DNA of 13,316 nt from an uncultured Gemmatimonadota bacterium. GTDB lineage: Bacteria > SM23-81. The notes below the pieces were generated by a model. It was given only the letters and a program-made list of their open reading frames with translations. It was not told the DNA's origin and ran no database searches. Positions 1 through 6,905 of this stretch are shown one piece after another. Position 1 is the first letter of the stretch; every line of letters begins with the position of its first letter. The position numbers and the translations under genes were made by a program. Where the stretch lies: NCBI GenBank assembly GCA_964584035.1, contig CAZOYL010000071.1, forward strand, positions 1-13,316, read 5' to 3'.

Positions 1-1
1 C

Positions 2-580
2 GATGAAGGCGAGGACATGGGCCTGATCGAGTGGCTGGTGACCGATGTCCATTACCGGGAGCTGTGGATCGATTACCGGCGCCTGGTTCCGGAGCCGGAA
101 CGCCGGCAGCACCGCCGGTGGCTGGCCAAACACTGGCAGGGACGGGACCCTGAGGGGATCTGGCTGGTTGAGGCGGACGCCCATCTGGTGTACCACACCC
201 AGTTCGTGCGGGGTCTGTACCCCATGCACCACCGGAAGGGATGGGTCCGGAAGAGGATCTGGGAACTGCTTCGATCGGTCCGGATGTACCGCGCCCGGGA
301 CCGGCTTCAGGATTTTTTACCGATTCTCCGCCGGCTGGAGGTTGAGGGTGAGGTGGTCATGGGGGACATACCCGAACATCTGCGGAAATTCAGTCTCCGC
401 GGGGTGCTCTCCATACCATGGGATTATTGGCGATTTCCGGAGGGGGCCAAGTCCGTCCGGCACGCCTATCTCTACGATCCGATCGATGGCGCGAAGGGCC
501 GTCCGGAGAGCTTGCCCAGGGCCTGTGAGCCGCGGCTGCAGATCAAGGAGATCGCCCGGCGGGGAACGGACCTGATCTGA
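2..580 (+). CDS. Hypothetical protein, probably the 3' part of a gene starting upstream of the window
   Basis: The frame is open from base 2 (GAT GAA GGC GAG GAC ATG). The ATG at 17 has GAGG only 2 nt upstream, a poor RBS. The ORF ends TGA at 578-580, 32 nt before the next co-oriented gene. No family recognised; rich in Trp, Arg and His. Confidence 0.6.
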   Translation, partial: DEGEDMGLIEWLVTDVHYRELWIDYRRLVPEPERRQHRRWLAKHWQGRDPEGIWLVEADAHLVYHTQFVRGLYPMHHRKGWVRKRIWELLRSVRMYRARDRLQDFLPILRRLEVEGEVVMGDIPEHLRKFSLRGVLSIPWDYWRFPEGAKSVRHAYLYDPIDGAKGRPESLPRACEPRLQIKEIARRGTDLI

Positions 581-612
581 GGGGGGAGATCCACGATGAT
601 GAGGAGAGCGAC

Positions 613-1716
613 ATGATGGTTGCAGAGAGTCCCACCCAGAGAGCTCTGAACAGGATGGAGATGATATTCCGGAACCGGCACCGCCTGCTGATCCTCACTC
701 ACGACAATCCGGATCCCGATTCCATCGCCAGCGCCGTGGCTCTGAAACACCTGGTCAAGGAACGATTCGGCATCCAGTCCACAGTAGCTTATGGGGGTAT
801 GGTGGGGCGGGCCGAGAACCGGGCCATGCTGAGGCTGCTGAAGATCAAGCTCAGTCCGGTCTCGCGGATCCGAATGCACGCCTACCGGCATATCGCTCTG
901 GTGGACACGCAGCCCCGGGCGGGCAACAATTCTCTGCCGGAGAAGGTCAAGGCGACCATGGTCATCGACCATCACCCGCTCAGGCAGACGACCAAGGCAT
1001 CCCTGATCGATGTCCGTCCGGAGTATGGTGCCGCGGCCACCATCCTGTTCGAATACCTCCGGGCCAGTGAATGCAAGATCTCCACTCCGCTGGCCACGGC
1101 CTTGTTCTATGGGATACACTCCGAGACCGAGGCCCTCGGCCGGGAGGCCACAGAGGCGGACACACAGGCCTATCTGTCGTTGTTTTCCCTGACCAATAAG
1201 AAGCACCTGGCCCGAATCGAGAGGCCCAGCCTGCCGCGGTCCTACTTCAACGTCCTGGGCCGTTCATTAGTGGGGGCCAGCACCTACCGGAACGTGGTCA
1301 TGGCCCGGCTGGGACCGGTCGAGGTTCCCGAGCTGGTGGCCGAGGTGGCCGATCTGCTGGTCCGGCTGGAGCGTATCACCTGGTCCCTCTGTCTGGCCTG
1401 GCACGAAGAGCGGCTGGTGCTGTCGATACGGACCACCAATACCCGGGCCCGCGCCGGCCGTCTGATTCAGCGTCTGGTGGGCCGTCGGGGCCGTGCCGGG
1501 GGGCATAATATGCTGGCCGGTGGCTGGGTGGACGGCAGCGGCATGGATGCCGGGCAACGGGAACAGCTGGAGGAGGAGATGATGGAAAAATTCCTCCGCC
1601 TGACCGGACACCGGGAGGCGGCTGCTCTGCGGCCCCTGATCGACATCGCCGGGGAGGATCATCAGAAGAAAAAAAGGCCGGAAACCGGTGACGTTCAACC
1701 AGGAGGTTGTTCATGA
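613..1716 (+). CDS. DHH/DHHA1 family phosphoesterase (NrnA/pAp phosphatase-like)
   Basis: Motifs THDNPDPDSIAS (DxD), LVDT, IDHH, GIHSET and C-terminal RAGGH. GAGGAG at 601-606 precedes the ATG. The stop overlaps the pfk start (ATGA). Confidence 0.88.
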   Translation: MMVAESPTQRALNRMEMIFRNRHRLLILTHDNPDPDSIASAVALKHLVKERFGIQSTVAYGGMVGRAENRAMLRLLKIKLSPVSRIRMHAYRHIALVDTQPRAGNNSLPEKVKATMVIDHHPLRQTTKASLIDVRPEYGAAATILFEYLRASECKISTPLATALFYGIHSETEALGREATEADTQAYLSLFSLTNKKHLARIERPSLPRSYFNVLGRSLVGASTYRNVVMARLGPVEVPELVAEVADLLVRLERITWSLCLAWHEERLVLSIRTTNTRARAGRLIQRLVGRRGRAGGHNMLAGGWVDGSGMDAGQREQLEEEMMEKFLRLTGHREAAALRPLIDIAGEDHQKKKRPETGDVQPGGCS

Positions 1717-2813
1717 CCCAGAATAAAGCGGAACGCATCGGGATACTGACCGGAGGTGGTGACTGTCCCGGCATTAACGCCGTCATTCGGGCGGTCAGCA
1801 AAACGGCCATGGTGAAATATGGCTTTGAGGTGGTGGGATTTGTGGACGGTTTTTGGGGTCTGATCCACAATCAGCGCCGGGTCCTGTCGTACGATGATGT
1901 TTCCGGAATTCTCACCCTGGGAGGAACCATCCTGGGCACCTCCAACCGGGCCAATCCCTTCAGAGAAGCCCGGGAGGGACCGGAGGGACTGGTCTTCGAG
2001 GATGTTTCAGACCAGGTGATGTCGCACTTCGACCAAAACCAGTTGAAGGCCCTGGTCGTCATCGGCGGCGACGGATCCCTGTCCATCGCTCAGGGTCTGT
2101 TCGAGAAGGGCATGCCGGTGGTCGGTGTTCCCAAGACGATCGACAATGATCTCTCGGAAACCGATGCCACCTTCGGGTTTGCCACCGCGGTGGCCAATGC
2201 CACCGAGGCCATCGACAAGATCCACACCACCGCTCAATCTCACCACCGGGTCATGATGATCGAGACCATGGGCCGCTATGCCGGCTGGATCGCATTGGCC
2301 GCCGGCGTGGCCTCGGGAGGCGACGTCATCCTCATCCCGGAGATACCCTACGATCTGGACGTCATCGCCCGGCGGGTGCAGCAGCGCAGCCACAGAGGCA
2401 AACGATTCAGTATCGTGGTGGTGGCCGAGGGCGCCAAGCCCTGCGGGGGGGAGGTGGTCATCGACCGGGTGGGCGAGGAGAGCACCGATCCCTGGCGTCT
2501 GGGGGGCATCGGTCGAAAGCTGGCTCTGGATCTAGAGGAAGGGACCGGCCTGGAATGCCGCGTGACCGTTCTGGGGCATATCCAGCGCGGGGGCAGCCCG
2601 GTGCCGGCGGACCGTATTCTGGCCACCCAGTTCGGCTGCGCCGCCGCCGATCTGGCCGCTGCCGGAGACGTCGGCAAGATGGTGGCGCTCAGGGGCAGCC
2701 GGGTGGTCTCGGTCGACATTGCCAGGGCTGTCGCCCGGCAGAAACTGGTGCCCCCCGATCACCCGTTGATCGTGGTCAATAAAGCCATGGGGGTGTGCTT
2801 CGGGAACGAGTGA
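1713..2813 (+). CDS. pfkA: 6-phosphofructokinase, PfkA family group III, probably ATP-dependent
   Basis: Motifs TGGGDCPGINAVIR, GGTILGTS, IGGDGS, PKTIDND, ETMGR and LGHIQRGG. AGGAGG at 1701-1706 supports the ATG at 1713 rather than the tracked start at 1707. Confidence 0.95.
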   Translation: MTQNKAERIGILTGGGDCPGINAVIRAVSKTAMVKYGFEVVGFVDGFWGLIHNQRRVLSYDDVSGILTLGGTILGTSNRANPFREAREGPEGLVFEDVSDQVMSHFDQNQLKALVVIGGDGSLSIAQGLFEKGMPVVGVPKTIDNDLSETDATFGFATAVANATEAIDKIHTTAQSHHRVMMIETMGRYAGWIALAAGVASGGDVILIPEIPYDLDVIARRVQQRSHRGKRFSIVVVAEGAKPCGGEVVIDRVGEESTDPWRLGGIGRKLALDLEEGTGLECRVTVLGHIQRGGSPVPADRILATQFGCAAADLAAAGDVGKMVALRGSRVVSVDIARAVARQKLVPPDHPLIVVNKAMGVCFGNE

Positions 2814-2832
2814 AAGGACCTTTAAATACCCC

Positions 2833-2861
2833 TTGACTTAAGGATAAAATCTTTGTATGAT
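2833..2861 (+). promoter_or_regulatory. Sigma70-type promoter for transketolase
   Basis: TTGACT (2833-2838), 17-nt spacer, TATGAT (2856-2861) in an AT-rich gap. A weaker second candidate is TTGCAT-16-TATCAT at 2870-2897. Confidence 0.7.
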
Positions 2862-2938
2862 AAATTTCTTTGCATATTTTCACTTCTATAATATCATATA
2901 AAGGGTTATTCACTGCGCCGTTCGAACCGGGAGGGGCC

Positions 2939-4975
2939 ATGCCGATTGTTGATTCAAAAACCGGAAAGGTTCGCAGATCATACTCCGTGAAGGAATTGAA
3001 GCAGGCCGCCGATTACATGAGGGGCCTGAATATGGTCGCCCTGTGCGCCGCCGGATCCGGCCATTCGGGCGGCACGCTGTCGATCATGGACATCACCGCC
3101 GCCCTGTATCTTCACGTCGCCAATCATGATCCAGAAGATCCTTTATGGCAAGATCGCGACCGCATCATCTGGTCCTCGGGGCATAAGGCACCGGCTTTAT
3201 ATCTGGGACTGGGCATGGCCGAATTTTTCGACGTCCGTGAGGTGGTTAAGCTGCGCAAGCTGTATGCTCCCTTTCAGGGTCACCCGCACTGGTTGAAATT
3301 GCCCGGCGTGGAGGCCTCCACCGGATCTTTAGGGCAGGGCCTGAGCATCGCCGTGGGCATCGCCCTGGCCGGCAGGCTGGATAAAAAAGACTACACCGTT
3401 TACGCCCTGACCGGGGACGGGGAGCATCAGGAGGGACAGATCTGGGAGGCGGCCATGGAGGCCGGCCATTACCGGCTGGATCATCTGATCAATATCCTGG
3501 ATAAAAATCGTCTGCAGATCGACGGCTGGGTCGAGGAGGTGATGGACATCGATCCCATCGTCGATAAATATAAAGCCTTCAACTGGAACGTGATCGAGGC
3601 CGACGGCCACGACATGAAAGAGATCCTGACGGCCCTCGAGAAGGCCAAAGGTCATCGCGGGCAGCCCACCGTCATCGTGTTCCACACCACCAAGGGACAG
3701 GGCGTCAATTTTATGGAGGATGTGGCCGGATGGCACGGCAAGGCGCCGGCCTGCGAACAGCGGGACGATGCCCTCGAGCAGCTGGGGGTGTCGGGCCAGC
3801 TGGATCTGGCCGCCCTGGACAAGATGGCCGAGGATTGCCAGGCTGAGGCGGATGCCAAGCTCGACGCCAAGATGCCCAAGTTCAGCCGCGATTACTTCTG
3901 GAACCACGAGAAGCGCATGAAGACGGAGATGGATCCGACCCGCAAGGGCTTTGGGCGAACGCTGGACGAGCTGGGAGATGATCAGCGGATCGTCTGTCTG
4001 GGAGCCGATATCTCCGGCTCCATCACCATCAGCCAGTTCTATGAAAAGCACCCGGAAAGGAAAGGACGCTTTCTGAGCATGGGCATCGCCGAGCAGAGCG
4101 CCACGGCGGTGGCCGCCGGACTGGCCAAAGAGGGAAAACTGCCCGTGTTCGGCACCTACGGCGTGTTTGCCTCCGGGCGTAACCTGGACCAGCTCCGGAC
4201 CACCGTCTGCTATGGGGAGTTCAACGTGTTCATCGCCGGCGCCCACGGCGGCGTCTCGGTGGGCCCCGACGGGGCCACTCATCAGGCCCTGGAGGAGCTG
4301 TTCCAGATGTGCGGCTTGCCGAATATGGTCGTCGAGGTGCCCTGCGATGCCCCGCAAACCCGCCTGGCCTGTGAGCATCTGCTGCTGCATCACCAGGGGC
4401 CCAAGTATGTCCGTTTCGCCAGAGAGGCCACGCCGGTGGTGACCACCCCGCAGACGCCGTACCGGTGGGGCAAGGCCAATGTGGTCCGATACCGCGGAAT
4501 GCAGGAGCGCTTCAGCGACGCCTTCGAGTGGTTCCTGGCGTCGGAATACCGCTCCGAGGATGAGGATGTGGCCATCATCGCCTGCGGCCCGTCCGTTCCC
4601 GAGGCCCTGCGGGCCGCTTATATCCTCAAAGAGGATTTCGGTCTGGAGACACGGGTGGTGGACATGCACACCGTCAAGCCGCTCGACCGGGAGGCCATCG
4701 TTCGGGCCGCCGGGGATACCGGCCTGGTGGTCACCGCCGAAGAGCATCAGGTGGGCGGTTTCGGCAACTGGATCAGCGCCGCCATGGCCCAATCGCGGGA
4801 ACTTTACGGCCGGCCGATCCTTATGGGCATGGTCGGTGTAAAGGATCGCTTTGGAGAATCCGGCCAGCCCTGGGAGCTGGTCAAGGAGTTCGAGGTCAGC
4901 GGGGAGCACATCGCCCGGATGGCCAGGGAGCTGGCCGATTTCAGAGAGAAATCATCCTCCCGAAAGTCGTCGTGA
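2939..4975 (+). CDS. tkt: Transketolase, single chain (N-terminal TPP domain plus pyrimidine-binding and C-terminal domains)
   Basis: Motifs AGSGHSGG, RDRIIWSSGH, FQGHP, STGSLGQG, GDGEHQEGQIWEA...N (TPP motif), MGIAEQ, GPDGATHQ, HTVKPLD, TAEEH and DRFGESG. GGAGG upstream supports the ATG at 2939; the tracked TTG at 2870 lies in the promoter region. Confidence 0.93.
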   Translation: MPIVDSKTGKVRRSYSVKELKQAADYMRGLNMVALCAAGSGHSGGTLSIMDITAALYLHVANHDPEDPLWQDRDRIIWSSGHKAPALYLGLGMAEFFDVREVVKLRKLYAPFQGHPHWLKLPGVEASTGSLGQGLSIAVGIALAGRLDKKDYTVYALTGDGEHQEGQIWEAAMEAGHYRLDHLINILDKNRLQIDGWVEEVMDIDPIVDKYKAFNWNVIEADGHDMKEILTALEKAKGHRGQPTVIVFHTTKGQGVNFMEDVAGWHGKAPACEQRDDALEQLGVSGQLDLAALDKMAEDCQAEADAKLDAKMPKFSRDYFWNHEKRMKTEMDPTRKGFGRTLDELGDDQRIVCLGADISGSITISQFYEKHPERKGRFLSMGIAEQSATAVAAGLAKEGKLPVFGTYGVFASGRNLDQLRTTVCYGEFNVFIAGAHGGVSVGPDGATHQALEELFQMCGLPNMVVEVPCDAPQTRLACEHLLLHHQGPKYVRFAREATPVVTTPQTPYRWGKANVVRYRGMQERFSDAFEWFLASEYRSEDEDVAIIACGPSVPEALRAAYILKEDFGLETRVVDMHTVKPLDREAIVRAAGDTGLVVTAEEHQVGGFGNWISAAMAQSRELYGRPILMGMVGVKDRFGESGQPWELVKEFEVSGEHIARMARELADFREKSSSRKSS

Positions 4976-5102
4976 GACCGTCTCCAGGCCGTCTGTGAAA
5001 GCGTCTGCCGGGCCGTTTGCCAAGCCGTTTGCGAAACCGCCCGCGAAGCCGTCTTCGAGCGCCACCTCGGGAGCCCCTTCGAAGGAGCTTTTGGAATCCG
5101 TA
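4972..5102. repeat. Degenerate 12-bp tandem repeat array (about 7 clear and 4 decayed units)
   Basis: Units: GTGAGACCGTCT / CCAGGCCGTCT / GTGAAAGCGTCT / GCCGGGCCGTTT / GCCAAGCCGTTT / GCGAAACCGCCC / GCGAAGCCGTCT, then TCGAGCGCCACC / TCGGGAGCCCCT / TCGAAGGAGCTT / TTGGAATCCGTA. Approximate consensus GCGAAGCCGTYT. Confidence 0.75.
5071..5092 (+). terminator. Possible weak intrinsic terminator for tkt
   Basis: GAGCCCCT-TCGA-AGGAGCTT hairpin with a T4 run at 5089-5092. It has one C:A mismatch on the + strand, which becomes a G:U pair on the - strand. Confidence 0.35.
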
Positions 5103-5116
5103 AGGCGTTAGATTGT

Positions 5117-5146
5117 ATTATATTATAAAACACTCGCGGATGTCAA
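5117..5146 (-). promoter_or_regulatory. Consensus sigma70 promoter on the minus strand with no evident downstream gene
   Basis: The minus strand reads TTGACA (5146-5141), TCCGCGAGTGTTTTATAA (18 nt), TATAAT (5122-5117). Both hexamers are perfect. Confidence 0.65.
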
Positions 5147-5175
5147 AATGACGCCAGAACGATGCCAGAATGGTG

Positions 5176-5204
5176 TTGACTTGGGTGCAGCCTTTTTCTA
5201 TATT
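5176..5204 (+). promoter_or_regulatory. Sigma70-type promoter for the rocA cluster
   Basis: TTGACT (5176-5181), 17-nt spacer, TATATT (5199-5204). Confidence 0.7.
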
Positions 5205-5211
5205 GTCTGAT

Positions 5212-5229
5212 GTGTGAAATAATTCACAA
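5212..5229. promoter_or_regulatory. Rex-type operator (also fits CRP-family TGTGA-N6-TCACA)
   Basis: GTGTGAA-ATAA-TTCACAA has one mismatch to the Rex consensus TTGTGAA-N4-TTCACAA and an AT-only centre. It lies just downstream of the -10 box, a repressor position. Confidence 0.75.
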
Positions 5230-5330
5230 GGTCTGTCGGGCGACGGGTTTTTCCCCGGCCCGGCCGATGCCGATCGGTTTTTTGGATCTTATCGATCGGT
5301 CCGATGCGCATCGTGATAGGGAGGTCAGCC

Positions 5331-6881
5331 ATGCTCTCCGAGTTCAAGAATGAACCCTATACCGATTTTTCCAAGAAAGAGAGCCGGCGCGAACTGCAGG
5401 CCGCTTTGGACACTGTCGGCGGCCGGTTGGGGCAGGAATATGATCTGATCATCGGTTCGGAAAAGGTGAAGGCGGCCGAGCAGTTCAATTCGATCAATCC
5501 CTCCCGGAAGGATCAGGTCGTGGGTGTGTTCCAAAAGGCCTCTGCTGCGGAGGCCCAGCGGGCCGTTCAAACCGCCCTGGATACATTTCAGAGCTGGCGC
5601 CGGGTCGATCCGGCCGAGCGGGCCGAGTATCTGTTCCGGGCCGCCGCGGCCATGCGCCGGCGCCGGATGGAGCTGAATGCCTGGATGATCCTGGAGGAAG
5701 GAAAGAACTGGCTGGAGGCCGACGCCGATGTGGCCGAGGCCATCGATTTTCTCGAGTTCTACGGCCGGGAGATGATCCGGTTGGACGGAAAACAGCCCCT
5801 CACCAGGGTTCCCGGGGAGGATAACGAACTGGTCTATATCCCCCTGGGCCTGGGTGTGGTCATTCCCCCCTGGAATTTTCCCCTGGCCATCCTCACGGGC
5901 ATGACATCCGCCTCCCTGGTGGCGGGCAATACCGTGGTGCTGAAGCCGTCCAGCGACTCGCCGGCCATGGGCTACCAGTTCATGGAGATCATGGCGGAGG
6001 CCGGCCTGCCGCCGGGCGTGGTGAATTTCATCACCGGCAGCGGAGCGGCCATCGGCGATACCCTGGTGGGGCATCCCCAGACTCGTTTCATCTCCTTCAC
6101 CGGCTCCAAGGCCGTCGGCCTGGGGATCGTGGAACTGGCCGCCAAAACGGCTCCCGGGCAGATCTGGATCAAACGGGTGATCGCCGAGATGGGCGGGAAG
6201 GATGCCATCATCGTGGACCGGGAGACCGACCTGGACCGGGCGGCCGAGGGTGTCAAGGCGGCCGCCTTCGGCTTCCAGGGGCAGAAGTGCTCCGCCTGCT
6301 CCCGGGCCATCGTCCTGGAGGACGTCTATGACCGCTTTCTAGAGCTGCTGGCCGAGAAGACTGCGGCCATTACGGTGGGTGACGTCAGCGATCAGAAGAA
6401 TTACATGGGCCCGGTGATCAATCAGCGGGCCATGGACTCGATCATGGGGTACATCGAGATCGGCAGGAAAGAGGGACGGCTCATCACCGGAGGGGAACCG
6501 GCCGGGGAGGGAGGATTTTATATCCAGCCGACCATCATCGCCGACCTGGATCCGGGAGCACGGATCGCCCGGGAGGAGATCTTCGGGCCGGTACTGGCCG
6601 TCATCAAGGCCCGTGATTTCGATCACGCTCTGGAGATTGCCAACAACACCGAGTATGGCCTGACCGGCGCGGTTTACAGCGACAACCGGGATAAGATCGA
6701 AAAGGCCAAGAACATCTTCCATTGCGGGAATTTATACATCAACCGCAAATGCACCGGAGCTCTGGTGGGCGGACATCCCTTCGGGGGTTTCAATATGTCG
6801 GGCACCGATTCCAAGGCCGGCGGCCGGGATTACCTGCTGCTCTATACCCAGGCCAAGTCCATTTCCGAGTTCACCGGGTAG
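5331..6881 (+). CDS. rocA: L-glutamate gamma-semialdehyde (P5C) dehydrogenase, monofunctional RocA/PruA type
   Basis: Motifs EFKNEP, EAIDFLEFY, IPPWNFP, FTGS, AEMGGK, FQGQKCSACS (catalytic Cys), EEIFGP and PFGGFNMSGTDSKAGG. GGGAGG at 5319-5324 supports the ATG at 5331. Confidence 0.96.
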   Translation: MLSEFKNEPYTDFSKKESRRELQAALDTVGGRLGQEYDLIIGSEKVKAAEQFNSINPSRKDQVVGVFQKASAAEAQRAVQTALDTFQSWRRVDPAERAEYLFRAAAAMRRRRMELNAWMILEEGKNWLEADADVAEAIDFLEFYGREMIRLDGKQPLTRVPGEDNELVYIPLGLGVVIPPWNFPLAILTGMTSASLVAGNTVVLKPSSDSPAMGYQFMEIMAEAGLPPGVVNFITGSGAAIGDTLVGHPQTRFISFTGSKAVGLGIVELAAKTAPGQIWIKRVIAEMGGKDAIIVDRETDLDRAAEGVKAAAFGFQGQKCSACSRAIVLEDVYDRFLELLAEKTAAITVGDVSDQKNYMGPVINQRAMDSIMGYIEIGRKEGRLITGGEPAGEGGFYIQPTIIADLDPGARIAREEIFGPVLAVIKARDFDHALEIANNTEYGLTGAVYSDNRDKIEKAKNIFHCGNLYINRKCTGALVGGHPFGGFNMSGTDSKAGGRDYLLLYTQAKSISEFTG

Positions 6882-6905
6882 TTTCACCCCCTCATGAGGT
6901 TTTCG

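Noticed and set aside
2870..2938. Longer tracked N-termini (tkt 2870; also rocA 5304, arcE-like 6894, sucC 8258, glycosyltransferase 9348)
   Set aside because: Downstream starts have better RBSs and/or match family N-termini. The extensions run through promoter or leader DNA, or overlap the upstream gene.
3329..4909. 526-aa minus-strand ORF
   Set aside because: Lies entirely antisense to tkt with no motifs; a typical shadow ORF from high-GC codon bias.
4972..5102. CRISPR array or IS/MITE
   Set aside because: Units are 12 bp and contiguous with no spacers. There are no cas or transposase genes, no long terminal inverted repeats and no target duplication.
4851..5111. 86-aa + strand ORF with AKP repeats, or a frameshifted tkt extension
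   Set aside because: It overlaps tkt out of frame, no slippery site was seen, and tkt already ends with a complete C-terminal domain.
4804..5133. 109-aa minus-strand ORF with QTAW/QTAR repeats
   Set aside because: Its GTG start lies inside the spacer of the minus-strand promoter, so it would not be on that transcript. It has no RBS and overlaps tkt by about 170 nt.
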